This document shows positions 37,571 through 51,074 of a stretch of DNA of 64,000 bases, in pieces. The stretch lies in assembly GCF_036321535.1 (NCBI RefSeq), contig NC_087437.1:41790001-41854000 (forward strand). Direction: 5' to 3'. The position numbers and the translations under genes were made by a program. The notes under the pieces were generated by a model that saw nothing but the letters and a program-made list of their open reading frames with translations, did no database searches and was not told the origin of the DNA. The stretch is from Camelus dromedarius (Eukaryota). Each line of letters begins with the position of its first letter. Position 1 is the first letter of the stretch.

Positions 37571-39324
37571 ACAGTAACTTTTGATGATATGAATTATTCC
37601 ATCATGGCTGCATCTAGTCCCCCTAGACTGAAGTTAAGTGGTGTATTTTTCTAAAAGTGAGTCTCAGTGTGCAAAAACACTTTTATTGGATAGGTAGCTG
37701 AAGCTAGGAAAAGAGCAGGAATTAATATTATTGAGCACCTACTTTGTGTCAGATATTATACTAGACACTTCACGTAGATCATCTTTCATTGAAGCAAGGA
37801 GGAGACCACCATCATGACAAAAAGCAGGCATCTCAGTTTATAAATTTCTCTTTCAAAGTTCAGGACAATTTCATTTAACAGATTCTATGTTTAGCTGTTT
37901 ATTAGTTATTTTTAAAAATATTGTCCATCTTTACTTATCTCCTTCCCTGATTAGAGCAGAGATTTGTCTCTTCCTTCTACTTCTTTTTCCCCCCATTTCT
38001 GTATTTCCAGCACCTAGACAGAACAGTGCTGGGGAACCAGCATAGGCACTCAAAAAATATTTAACGATTAGATGACTTGACCTTAATGGTTTTTTAAATA
38101 TCCCTACAAATTCTATCCTAGTAGGTCTTGCAGTCGGTCCCTGAGAACAAAATGACCATTTTGAACATTTGCATGTGATGATCACGTTCTTCTCTGCTGT
38201 AAATAAAACTCAAACATTTCTCCCAAGTGACCCAGCTTCACAGGTGTACATCCTGAGAACCAGAAACATCTGGGTGAAGAGGGAGGGGAAAAACCTGCAA
38301 TGTTCCAACCCCACAAAACTTTTTAAAAGACAAAATGAGAGAAAGCTTTAGGAACAGCCAAAGCCTTTTGCAAGGAGAATCCCCTTGTGGAATGAGGGAA
38401 AAATTTGGAACAGAGGTTTCCCTGGGGCTGGAAGTGTTACTGGCTTCAAGTCTGAACCAACAGCACTGCTTGAGTCGGTGTGGGTTCCAAGCTCAGCGCC
38501 TGCCAAATCCAGGATTTCTCCTCCCCAATTCTGAAGACAAACCAGAGAGAAATTAAATCTGTTGGAGATCTTAGGTGCAAGGGAAAGTATATGTGGCTGC
38601 AACTAACAGAAGGAGTAATTTCTATTTATTTTTTAATACCAGGCTGTTCTTTATTTGGCGTTCCTCAGATTCTTGCATAATAGTGTTTCATTTACTTATG
38701 TGTGGGTGTTTCTAGTAATAGTACACTGTTTTCTTCAGTAAATAAGGCAGGTGGGACATTGCAATTAGAACATATATTGATTTGCCTTTTTTGAACTTGC
38801 AGGATAAAGTATTAAGCCTGTTTGTTTCCAGATATCCACCTAAATAAACACTAAAAATTCTAAACAGTAAATATTCCTTAAATTTCAGCCTAGGAGATTG
38901 CTGCATTTTTAGAGTATTTTCTCCTCTATTTGAATCTTTACTTCTTTTCCACCTGAATTGTGAAAAGAAACAAAAAAAGACAAACACACAAGTTTTTTCC
39001 CTCCTGGCCCAGGCTTTGTTTTTAATATCATCTTTAAACTGGCAACACCAAGGTCAACAGTGGCTTTTCTAAGTGGCAGATGCTTTCCCATGCCAAAAGA
39101 GACAACGGGTGAGGAAAAAGGAACAGCTGGTTTTCTGGCGCTAACACGTGATTCAAAGAGGAATATCTCTTTGATGCTTTATCCCCTTTAAATTCATCTC
39201 TTATCTCTCTAATATGCCTCTCTCTTAAAATTCAAGTTCAGCCAATATTTATTTAAATAAGTTTCCATCGTCTGCCATTCATGTTAACATATTAATAGAG
39301 TGATTTATTCCTTTATTTAATAGC

Positions 39325-41300
39325 TATTATTATTGAGCTCCTAATATGCACCATGCCCTATCTAGACTCTAGGGTAAAACCGCAAAGAAGAAAGGGTCTT
39401 TTTTTTCCCCTAAAGTCTAAGGGTAGATGCATAATTAAAGCATGATGGGTGCTATAATAGAGGCAAGCACAGGGTAACATGATAGAAGAAGGGGAAAACA
39501 TCTAACTCTGTTACAAGAAGACCATAGAAAGGATCATGGAAAAAGTAATGAATAGGACTTAACCCACAAAGAGGGAAAGAACAAGGAAAAGTATATGCAA
39601 AAGTCCAGAGGCCACACACAGCAAGCAGCCTAATAAAACTACAGACGGTTCAGTCGTTGAAGGATATGTTGTGGAGGGTGGTGGTCAGACACAATGTGGG
39701 AGAGATCAGACTGTGAAAAGTCTTCATATCCTGTGGACAAGAGAGAGTCAATAAAGAATGTTAGACAGGGCCGAGGGAAGAGACCCAATTATAGATTCAG
39801 AAAGATCACTCTGAGTTCAATCAAAGACTGGAAACGAAGAAATCTGTTGGGAGGCTGTGGTGGTAATCTGAGGAGCAAAAGTTACCCAAACTCAGCTAGT
39901 GACAATGCAAGTGGAAATGAGCCCTCAGAGCTGAGAAACGTTTGGAGGAAATAGAATGTTCAGGATCTGGCTACTGGTTGGTTGTAAAGATCAGAGAGGA
40001 GGAAAAGTCAAGGACAATGTCCAGGAGAAAGAGCAGGTTTTAGAGGAGACATGAAGAGAAGAATTTAGTTGTGGCTTGATTGAGTGGAGATGCCCGTGGG
40101 TCATCCAGGTGTAAATATCCAGAAGACCTCGTGAAATACAGGTCTGAAATTCAGGAAAGTCTTCTGGCCCTTGGCATGATTTCAAGGGTTATTAGCATGT
40201 AAATATTTTGTTGTGGCTGTGAGAATGGATGGAATCACCTAGTCAGAGTATGTAGCAGGAAAAGGGAAGAGAACCAAAGTCAGAGACTTGAGGACACTGA
40301 GTTACACAGAAGGCAGAGGAAACAGTGTTCAAAAGGAGACTGAGAAGGGGCAGCCACAGGCGTAGGAGGGAAACTAGGAGAATGGGGTTGAATAGAAGGC
40401 AAGGGAAGAGGGTGTTCCAACAGAGAAGGAAGTGGTGGACAGTGTCAAATGCTGAGAGGTCAAGTCAGTTAAGAAGTAAGAATGCTGATGAGATTTAGCA
40501 AAAAGGAGGCCATTTGTACCTGGGTGAGAGCAGTTTCTAATGGAGACATGTCGGCAGAAGCAGACTGCAGTCAGTTGAGAGGGGAGGGAGGTGAGGAAGT
40601 TGCAGAAAACATGAGTTATTTCAAGAACTTGGGCTGGGAGGAGGAGGAGAGGGATAAGAGAAAAGTGTGGAGCAGGGGCGAGAAAGAAGGGAGAGTTGGA
40701 TGGAGGATTTTTTTTTTTTTTTTTTGAGATAAAACATGAGGATATTTAAATGGGAAGGATCCAGTGAAAATGTTGACGTCAAAATATTAACGCCTGGGAC
40801 ATGCCTGAGAAGGCCCAAGATGATGAGAGCCTAGGTACAGATAGAGGGGTTAGTCCTGGGGAAGGTGTGCACTGGTATAGAGAACAGGTGAGGTGGTGGG
40901 AGGGGTGGCAGGGAAGTGTGGGCATTCTTGTGTGGCTTCTGTGTTTTTGTGGAGTGGCAGGAGAGGTGATCTGAGGGTCTAGGTGAGGTAGAAGAGTGAA
41001 GGAGTGGAGTAGAAGTTTTGAGGTGAATGGAGGAAAAGGCTTATAATAGACGTGGTGGAGACAGAAGGAACAAAGCTGACAGGGGAGGCAGGAGTTCCAG
41101 GGCAGCGCTGCTGGCCCAGGTGTTGAGGGAGTGATTGTGAAGTACACGCTCCTGAGGGTTGGGTGACCTTCTCCAGGAGTGCTCCCCAGCCCCGAGCACA
41201 AAGAAGACGGACAGCTGTGAGTGGAAGAGTTTTGCCTGAAATTCCTGCTGGAAAGGAAGCTTGAGAATGCTGCAGGAGAAGCACAAAGTTCAGGAGTGAG
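39325..41300 (-). mobile_element. Long (about 2 kb) L2 element with ORF2 remnants
   Basis: L2 3' end ttattgagctcctaatatgcacca and internal gagatgcccgtgggtcatccaggtg...atacaggtctgaaattcagga. Minus-frame peptides EHSWRRSPNP and SIISLFLHSPQNF resemble L2 ORF2p across frameshifts. Confidence 0.8.
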
Positions 41301-41404
41301 CCAGGCTCCCAGGAGGTGAGGGCAGTGCAACAGTTGTGATATTCATGAAAACAGTGAACTGATATAATTTTATTCTAATTGACTCCCAAAGCATAAGTCC
41401 TTCT

Positions 41405-41560
41405 GACTCGCATACTTGATTGTCACTGATTGGGAAGTACTACTGGCATTTAGTGGGTGAAGGTTGGGGGTGTTAAATGTCCAACATTGCCTGGGACCGT
41501 CCTGCCCACCAAGAATCGTCCTACCACACGTGGAGAGGCTGCCGCCATTGAGGAGCGCTG
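41405..41560 (+). mobile_element. MER20-like hAT MITE fragment
   Basis: ttgtcactgattgggaagtactactggcatttagtgggt...gtcctgcccaccaagaatcgtcc...ttgaggagcgctg. Confidence 0.75.
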
Positions 41561-42030
41561 TGTAGGCAGCCTCCAAGCCAAGCCCCTGTTGACCCCTGTC
41601 CCCCGGTATTCACACTCTTGTCTTGTCCCTCCTACATTGTTCTAGGGTTGGTCTGTGTGATGGATACAATATGGCAGAAGTGAGTCACTCCTGAGATTAG
41701 GTTATAAAAGATCACAGCTCCTTTCTTGGTCACTCTCTCTCTCTTAGATCACTCACTCTGGAGAAAGCCATGTCATGAGCAGCCCTGCAGAAAGGCCCAA
41801 TGGTGAGAAACTGAAGCCTCCTTCCAGCAGCCACGTGAGTGAGCTTGGAAACAAATCCTCTAGTTCCAGTCAAATCTTCAGAGACTGTAGCCCTGGGCAG
41901 CAGCAGGAGTGCAACCCGCCCAGCTAAGCCACTTCTGGATTCCAGACCCCAGAAGCTGTGTGAGATTATAAACATTTGTTGTTTTAAGTTGCTAAATCTG
42001 GGGAGTAATTTAGTTCAGGGCAAGACTAGA
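41561..42030 (+). mobile_element. MLT1F-like MaLR solo LTR
   Basis: gcagcctccaag...gagattaggttataaaaga...ccatgtcatgagcagccctg...cagctaagccacttctggattcc...aaacatttgttgttttaagttgctaaat. Confidence 0.85.
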
Positions 42031-43899
42031 CTTGATAACCAGCCACAGCAGACTCAGTCCATAGGGTTCTATCATGAGTCTTGGCAGTGGTAACTCAGGA
42101 TATGACATAAAGGAAGTTTGTGCTGAGTTAAAGAGAAAGGGGAAGTAGCAGCTCTTTGGGGAGAAGTTAAGAAGATAAGAGAAAGAGAAGAAAAGGAAGC
42201 ATTCAGATACTTGGGTCCTAGCTTCTCCCAGTGGTGCAGTTTGTTGGCTGCATACAGGTGAGTGCCTGGCCCAAGAGTCAAGCTGGGCTGAATAGCCAGG
42301 CCTTGTTCCGCTCACCAAGCTTTGCAGCCTGGCCCAAGGGCATATCCACTTGAGGGGTATCATTTCCTAATTTTCATAAAGGACTTGTACATGCTAGCAG
42401 CCTCCCTACCACTTGTGGATCAAATAATGAAAACTGGGGAGATGGAGACAATCAGATATGTTTAAAGGTTTTCCAGAGCAGGGCACCTTTTCTAACTTCC
42501 CTGGATAGACATTGTGACAATTTCAAGTCCTTTAGAGAAACCCCAACTTTAACATGGCACTGTCCATGAAATGGCTGAGGGACAGGCCCAGGTGGACAGA
42601 AGGCCAGAGAAGTGTCCCCAAGGCCTCCCATGTCTTCCATGTTGGAGTAGTAGGGCTTCTAAAGTTCCCAGATGACCCTCATAGGGGATTGCTGAATAGA
42701 GGGCCAGTGGGCCTGTGGTAGGGTTGCTGAGGCCTAGGGTAACAATGAACTTTCCCAACTGTGTCAACTCTGGCTACAGCTAGAGGATCTGCAGTACCAG
42801 CAGTAGTCCAGGCCTGAGCTGAATTAAGAGAAGGGGTACAAATTTCACAACCACAGATTTCAGCAGCAAATGTCAACAGGGTTCCCTATAACCAGGAGGG
42901 ATTAGGGACACCCACCTGGAGGCCAACAGGGGCCTGTTTTAATCCAAAAACTCTAGGACAGCTCAAGGACCAGTATCTCCTCTCCCAACCTCACCTCCAG
43001 GACCAGTAAAAGAAGAAAACCTGGGTTGGGAGAAGGTACTCAGAAACATTGAATATTTACCCCCCAATACATAAAATACCCAAGTAGTTTGTTTTAAACC
43101 AAAAGATATTAAAAATCTCTTTGTGATAAGTTTATGCCCCCATCCTACCAGCTCAGGGAGTTGACTAGAGATCTGTAGGAAATAGTTTATAGAGAAATTT
43201 GTTAAAGCTTTTTTTTTACATTTTCCAATTTGTAATGGATTACACTTTTGCTTCCCTTGAACCACCAATGTAGTAATTACAGCAATTACCTGATCTTCAC
43301 CTTAAATTTAAAAAAAAATGGAAATGCTAATGCAAATACACCATTCATTTGCCTTTAGATCAAATCTCCAGTGCATTCGGGCACCCCAAAGCAAATTGTC
43401 TAAATGAAAGTATGAACAATATTGTATATTCTAGACTTCAAATAACTTGACCACTGGCTATTGTGGATCTTTCTAGAAAAACTGTTTCTCAATAAAATGT
43501 GAGAAAGATCTCAAAGATTAATAAATGTGCTAATGTGATGGGAGTCAAGGCTCTAAGTGCCTGCAAAATTGTCTTCCTTTCCATAAAAGAACACAAAAAA
43601 AGAAGGAGGAAGAGGAAAACCGGAGAAGAGTTTAATCTTAGAATTTATGCTCATTTTTATTTTGCCCCCTCATTCTCCATTTATATATTATATTCCTCTA
43701 CTTTATCTTAAAGACAAGAAATAATCTTTCTCAAATTGAAGTCAACAAACTCTCGAGATTTTCAAGTTGTTCTTGTTGCTAACTCTTTAAAGAAGGGGAG
43801 AGGTGTTATAATGGGCCAATGAACAACCAAAGCAAAATATATCTATGGATGTATAGGGACATAGAAAGTCCCCCAAAAGATGAATAGTCCATCTTCCCA

Positions 43900-44095
43900 C
43901 TGGACTTAAGAGTCACAATGTGAAGGTGTGAACCCCGGTTCTGCACTTTACTTCCTTTGTGACTTTGTAGCAGTTATTGAACTACTTGGAATTACAGCTT
44001 ACTCATTCATAAAAGGGAAATTATAGTATTAATGCTGCCTGTATCACCACTGAGTTGCTGTGAGAATTCAATGAGATAATATTTATAAGAAAACA
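43900..44095 (+). mobile_element. MIR SINE
   Basis: gtgtgaaccccggttctgcactttacttcctttgtgactttg...gagttgctgtgagaattcaatgagataat. Confidence 0.75.
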
Positions 44096-44509
44096 CTATT
44101 TGAGGAAATGTCCCAAACCATCACTGATATTACACAGAAAGTATTATAGAGCTATGCAGCTTACAAAGCAAGAAATAATTCTTCTTGCCCCTGCCCCATG
44201 CCCACCATCTACCTCCTCAGCAAAACAAAGAAAAAGGAAGCTTCAGAGAATGCAGTTGCCAGAACCAGTGTCCAGGTGGTGCACAATGAGGAACAGGTAA
44301 CGCTCCCAGAGTCAATAATTTGGTACTAAGGATTCTATGTCCTCAGTAACAAAGTTCTGCAGCCAACACAGGCATCCTAGGACAGGTCAGAAGACAGAAG
44401 AGAATACAGGCCAGATTCCCAGGAGCTGAGGCTTGTCAACAGTTCCTCAATGGGAAGGACCTGAAGAATGACACCAAAAGTTTTGTTACAAACCCCCATT
44501 ACCTTTAGA

Positions 44510-44665
44510 CCCTTGCTGTTTGATGTGTGATCCATGGACCAGCCACCTCAGCATCACCTGGGAACTTGTTGGAAATGCAGCATCTCAAGCTCTGCCTCAG
44601 ACATGCTGAACTAAAATCTGCATCCAGGTGAATCATATGCACATTACAATTTGAGAAGCGCTGCT
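44510..44665. mobile_element. MER5A1-like hAT MITE
   Basis: gtgtgatccatggaccagc...cagcatcacctgggaacttgttggaaatgcag...ccaggtgaatcatatgcacattacaatttgagaagcgctg. Confidence 0.85.
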
Positions 44666-46959
44666 TTGAACTTCATTGAACAAAAGCATGTAAGATAAAA
44701 CTCATGTAGTTCTCAACACTTTTGAGTGTTCATAAGACTTCTGATTAAAGAATGCCTCTGGGTATGGTTACACATAGAAGTCTCATCCAGGTGAACTTTA
44801 CCTTGCCATTACTGTCAAGATTTTGATATGCAGATGAGTAAAAACAGGTAAGTAGCACCCTTTGGAGATTTGTGTTTTAATGAATGCCTACCAGAGTCTG
44901 GGGATGCTGCGTGCTACAAGAGCACCTATTAAATACTGTAGTAAAAATTCAGTATTTTTATATTGAGCATTCATCCAAAAATCATTTACTGGACACGTAG
45001 TATAGGCAGGGCTCTATTCTTAGAAGACTAACCAAACCTGGAGTATGTAATCTTTTTTCCAACTTAAACTATAACTTCTCATAAAACTCAAGATCTATAC
45101 ATAACTGAATAGGTTTTAAATTAAAGAAATTCAAAGAATTTTACTCTTTTGTTTTTAACATGGATAACAGGAAAATAAATATTCTGTAGGAAAAATAGTA
45201 GGATCCATAAAATATGCACTTGAAATATATTTTCTGGTCAGTTCACATGAACAACCTGTGATCAGGAAAGGAAGAAAAATACACAAAACAAGAAAGAAGG
45301 GAGGCTCAAAGAAAGCAGATAAAGAATAAGATAGTGAGAGATGAACAGAAGAGAGACAGAGATATAAGTGAGGCAGACACCAGGTGCAATGGTATATGAG
45401 GTACTGGGCACATTAGAGCTGCTTCTGCAATACCTGATATTCATTTGAGTTCATAATAAGAGATCATTTTCTGTCACTTCTTTCTGTAAAATTCTGTACC
45501 ACTTAACCATCAATGGCAGTTCTTATCAAATATTGTTGACTCTAAAATTGAGGAGCTGCAGCAGCCCTTTTGTGCTTAGAGGTACTCAGGTATCACCTCC
45601 AACTGTAAGGGTAGGATTAATTAATTATCAACAAGTATAATTTGTGGGGTTCTCATATTTATTGTGCTCTGAAAGACTTGCTGTAAGGACCTGGCCATCT
45701 AACTATTAGTCATCAAAGCAATGATATAATTAGACTGCATCTATACGCTATAATATCAGGCTAGTAGTCATCTAGTCTTAATAAAAGATACCCAGGAATA
45801 GAGGTCACATCTCAGTAAATCCATGTATAATTGAAAGTTAAGGTATTGATCAGAAATCTAGAATTTATTTTAATAGAGGACCACATCGAACTGTTTGAGT
45901 GAAGAATTGTGCGACCCATTGGTTTCATTAACCACGTGAGCATTAAAAAAAATGTTTTTTTCATTTTTAAGGTAGAAATTCTTATGGGCCAGAATCTTCT
46001 CAAGGCTTACATTTGCTCCTAGGATGAAGGGGTACATAGAAGATGAGTGCATAAATCTGCTCAGACCCAGATTACATTTCATGCATTGTAACAATAATGT
46101 GCAAGGAAGCAAAGAGACCAGCAAATTCATAAATACAGAGCAATTTGAGATTTCCTCATGCAAGTTATTCTAGAAATGCCAAATATCCCGTTTATGACAG
46201 CCCAAGAGTTGAAATGTTGATAGTTGTGTTCACATGTTCACGCAGAGTGAAAAGCTTTCACATTTCAAATAAAATAAGCAGAGAGGGGAATGGGATTCAT
46301 CTTACTGAAGCTCTATAAGGCACAATTATTTGGTTGGTAAATGGAAATAAAATATGCTATAGAAAGCAGAAAACATAGCTTTTAGGGAGACAGGCTGCTT
46401 TTGAAAAGATGAATCTGTGATTCCACAGTGACATAAAAGCTGAAGTGTTATTTCCTAGTCCTTATTATGTTTTAACTGTCACTGAAAGTAAAGTAATGGA
46501 AAAATTGTATTTGTACATAAAAAGTGAGTATGAATTATCCGTTTATTATAAGCATTTTATCCTTTATCTATTTAGATACAATTATAACCTTGCTCTCCAG
46601 CATTTTAGAAAACAGGATGTTGGTCAATAAAAGTTCCAGTTAAGTAAGTACATATTCATTTTCCCTGAGTTAATCTCTCTTTTATTTTGTCCTTTATTCT
46701 TTCCGCCCAAACTGGGCAAAAAAGTATGTGTCCCAGAGATTCAACTTTTCTTTCCAAAAATTAGTAGGAACAGTAAATAACTCTAACTAAATTTTCCACT
46801 GTTTTTAAGTCTCTAATATTGCTATTCAGTAAAAAGTTTTGTATGATAGATCACCAGATGTGTTGAATCTAGATTAGTAAAATACTAGATAACAGCTTTT
46901 GGCTGTAACTACCCTTTTAAAAATATTGTTTATATGTACATATTTTATCCATGTGTGCC

Positions 46960-48200
46960 ACTATATGTATATCATTTCTGCTAGATTGTCAGCTCCATGA
47001 GGACAGTGACTATCTTGTTCTTTCTGTATTCTCAGAACATAGCATAGTTTCTAGCATATAGTAAGCATGTGACACATTTATTTACTCATTAACTAATTTT
47101 TATTGAGCACTTACTATGTTCCAGACACTGTTTCTAGATGATGAGGATATAGGATTAAAGAAGAACAAGAAAAAGAAAGTTTCTGCTCTCATGGTGTTAT
47201 ATTTAGGGAATAACAAGGAAACAAATAAGTAAAACACACAGTATATACCTTGAGAAAACAAGTAAACTGCACAAGGGATGGAAAGAGATGAGTATGAGAT
47301 GCTACCAGACACCAGGTGGTTATAGTAGAAGCTGCGCTGTGCCACCCATATCTCCTGTCAGGAAGAGACACACATTCCTCCAGCTGCCGTGAGTGGTGGC
47401 TGCTAAGAGTTCACAGCTAAGTCCTCTCTCGGACCTGGTCTTGGTGGGAGGAAGCTGCCTTGCCCAAAGTTCTGGGGTTCCCTGCATCCAATAACCACTC
47501 CACGCACTGGTACAGATCTCTCTTGCCTCAAGTGGAACCATTCTGACGGTTCAGCTCCAGAGAGTCCTGTAGGATCAGCTGAAGCCTCTGTTAGAACTGC
47601 ATCAGCAGTTCAGCATCTTCCACTTCTCAATGCTGCTTCCTTCATCCTAAACTATCACAGATACTGGTCCTAAATATACTCCTCAATAAATCTCCTCATG
47701 TAAATTTCAGTCTCAGAGTAAGCAAGGAGGATAACAGCATTTGGATTTTATTCCAAGTAGAGTTGTCCAGTAGGTACTTAGTATGTGATTCTAGAGCTCA
47801 GGGAAGAAGTGGAGCTGAGGATATGGAGCTGGGAATTGTCAGGGTAGTTAAAGCCATAGAACTAAATAAAAAACACCCAGGGAGTAAGTGTAAATGGAGA
47901 ATAAAATGAAGTCCAAGGGTGGATTTTGGAGCCCGCTACCACTTAGAGATCTGGAGGGATGGAAAGAAACAACAACAACAACAGCAGCATTGAAAAGAAG
48001 CAGCCATTGTGATGGCAGCACTGTGGAATGGTGCTCTGGTAACCAAAGGGGAAAATGCTTCAAGAAGGAGGGAGTTGGGATCGAACCGCATCATATCCTA
48101 TGGAAAGGTCAAACTGATGAAAACTGAATTGATGATTAGATTTCACAACATAGAGGTCATTGTGAAATCGTTTGTAGTTTCAGTGGAATGGAGGGGGCAA
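46960..48200. mobile_element. Tail-to-tail L2 fragments (plus about 46960-47090, minus about 47095-48200); the minus copy is split by an LTR16
   Basis: ctagattgtcagctccatgaggacag; tttattgagcacttactatgttccagacactg; gttgtccagtaggtact...gagctcagggaagaag. Confidence 0.75.
47321..47720 (+). mobile_element. LTR16A-like ERVL solo LTR
   Basis: gtgccacccatatctcc...cattcctccagctgccgtgagtggtggctgct...tcacagctaagtcc...gaagctgccttgcccaa...ctcctcaataaatctcc...tctcagagt. Confidence 0.8.
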
Positions 48201-49869
48201 GAGCATAATTTATTGAAGTAGAACATATGAGCCAAGGTTTGATAAATACCTGTTATATTAAAAGAATGCATCTGTACTTCTTCCACATTTGAGAAGATAT
48301 GTGATCTGTATTCCCAGTGCCGAGAACAATGCCTAGCACATGGTATGTACTCAATCCACATTTTTTGGATAAATGAACTACGTGCTGCCATTTTTGTGAG
48401 TACACAGCATCACTGAACTAATGCTATAGAATTTTAAACTTGAGATCATAATTTTTCCTCTTAATTCAACTACCCCTTGGCTGGGGAAGTGCCACATGGC
48501 TGAGGTGGCACCAGAATTCAAACCGTTAAGGTTAAGTTCTTATTTTTATCTACTACAATATCCTAGCATATGAAACATTTGCTCTATGTAACTCTGTGAA
48601 CCTAAAGTCACCTTCAGTTCAAAGTTGAGAAAAATCAAAGGTTTTTTCAGGATGCTCGAATAGTTATTTACTTAATCCCTCAGTGAGATCTCTTAATACT
48701 TCTAAGTAGATGAAATTGTATGAAACTTTCTGATTAAAATTTTACTTTTTAATTCTATATTTTTATTGGTGAAATACTGAGGAATCTACCTTGTGCTGAG
48801 TTTCCATTTTACTTAGAAAGTAACTCTTTGAAATAGAACAGCATGGGATTTAGGATCTTTCCTTCTCATCCCACGCAAAAAGTTCCCTTGCTTAATTCTT
48901 TTCAGTTAAATCTTTAATAGAGCAATAAAGCGTAAACTTTATCATTTGAACAAACTTTAAAACTCTTTCACGTTCATGATGATTCTCCTGAAAAATAGTG
49001 TTAGATGATGCAGTTCGGACTGAGATGAATTTATGTTGTGCTAGTAGTCACTTGTACTCAAAAAGGTCTAGTTTATTTTCAAAGAATCTAAGTATTTAAC
49101 ATCAAAAACCAGACAGTAAAAAATGCAATATTGTGAAATTTTCTAATTTATTTTATAGAGACAGATTTTGAATGTTGTACTCATAAAAGTACTACTTGTG
49201 GGTAATATCACTGAACCAGCCTTGGCAGAAACTTCAAAAAGCAACTGTCATGTGCAGAAAAATAGAGACTAGATTAACAAAATTTTACTCTCATGAGTTT
49301 TACTCATCAATACTGCTGATGCAGATGTGGAAATCAAAAGTGTGATTTATTTGTCTCATTGGCTAATATGTCATAATATTTTTCTCTGGAAGTGTCAGAC
49401 AGTCTAAGAGAAAACAGAAAATGCCAGCTGTGTTCAGTTTGGCCATGGAGACAATGAGCAAGCATGAGGTAAGCCTATTTATTTTGGGTCTACACAGGCC
49501 AAGTTAAAGAGAAAGGAAGCCATTATGTAGATCATTCATCCTTCAAAACTTGTTATGGAATAAAAACAGAGTTTTTAAAATGATTCAAGGTACTTCAATA
49601 AAGTTTATCTTAAAAAAAATTTCATTTGCAGCCACTGAATGTTATAAATGATTTAGGCAAGGATGCAGAATCCACTAGATAAAAGGTAGTTGGAAAATAA
49701 GACATTCATTTGGCTTCAAAGACACATCCTACATATTACTTACTAATTACAATGGGAAATGATGCTTTTATAATGGAAAAATGCTGTAGACACAAACATG
49801 CGTATTATACACATATATGCATAATTATAAACTTTTTAAAAATTTACACACTTCTCTGCAACTTGCTTT

Positions 49870-50179
49870 CTTTTTTTTTGAGGTATAATTGACATATAAC
49901 ATTACATTAAAGTGTACAACATAATGATGTTTATATATAGTGAAATGATCACCAAAATAAGTCTAGTTAACTTCTATCACTATATATAGTTATAAAAAAA
50001 TTTTTGTGTGTGATGAGAGCTTTTAAGATCTGCTCTCTTAGCAACTTTCAAACATGCAATACAGTATTGTTAACTATAGTTGCCATGCTGTAGACTATAC
50101 CCCCATGACTTACTTGTTTTATAACTGGAAATTTGACGTTTTGAGCCCCTTCACCCATTTTGCCTACCCCCAACCCCTT
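49870..50179 (-). mobile_element. 5'-truncated laurasiatherian L1 3' end (L1MA9-derived) with an 11-bp TSD
   Basis: Poly(T), then gaggtataattgacatataac...ttaagatctgctctcttagcaactttcaa. TSD caacttgcttt at 49859-49869 and 50180-50190. Inserted into older L1 remnants. Confidence 0.9.
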
Positions 50180-51074
50180 CAACTTGCTTTTCTCAAGCAG
50201 TAATACCTGGTAGAATTTCCAGACCAGTTAGTATCTCTCTTTAATTTGCAGTCTTTCAGTGCCTGGAAAACATTCTGTGGTTGTGGATATAGTCTGACTT
50301 ATTGAGCTAGTTCCTCCACTGAGGTGATTTACTTTTTCACCCCTGATTTTCCTCCTTTACAGACAATGCTATAAAATAAGTATCCTGGTACATATATCAT
50401 ATGGCTGGTTCTTTGTATCAATGAGATTAACATCTAAGAGTAGATCAAATATTTGCCTATAGTAACTTATGTTAATACATATTACCAAATTACTTTTCAA
50501 GTGAGCTAATGGTTCCCATTGTTCCCACAAGAAATACCTGAGATTATTATTCTTCCTCAATCTTATTCTCACCAACAGTAGGTATTATTGCTCTGTAATT
50601 TTCCCACTTTGATGGAGAAGAAAATGATACTTCCTCAGGGCTTTAATTTGCATTCTCTCACCACGCTTCAGTTTATGCGCTTTAAATATATATTTATTGA
50701 TTATTTGTGTTTGCTTATCATATTCTTTGCCTATTTTTCTACTAGATTTTTTGCATTTCCTTAATATCTAAGACTACCTTATATTACTAGAAATATTCAC
50801 ACTCTGTCATCTGCAGAAATTTTTCTTTAAATATGTTATTTTCCCAGTTGATCTTACAGCATCTTTGGCCATAAATATTTTAAAATTTTATACATAAATC
50901 TGTGTCTATATATGGAAATATACCTTGAGTGTTTTTATTTTAGTTAAGAATGACTCCCACACCCATAGAGAAAAAAAAGTGATTTACCAGTTTTCTTTAT
51001 ATAAGCTCTTTGCTTTCTTTATCAAATTTATTTCTAATTTTTTTATATTTTTGTTTTAAATTTTTTAATAGTTT

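Noticed and set aside
40779..41330. Longest ORF in the window (183 aa, minus strand)
   Set aside because: It lies in a decayed L2. The L2-like motifs are scattered over other frames, and the Pro/Ser/Leu bias reflects the pyrimidine-rich strand.
43285..43320. Possible 11-nt minus-strand microexon GTGAAGATCAG with aag and gtaatt borders
   Set aside because: It does not preserve frame, no host gene is identified, and the signals are within chance expectation.
44790..44853. Consensus donor CAG|GTAAGT at 44848
   Set aside because: The upstream segment has stops in all frames and a weak acceptor, so it is an isolated motif.
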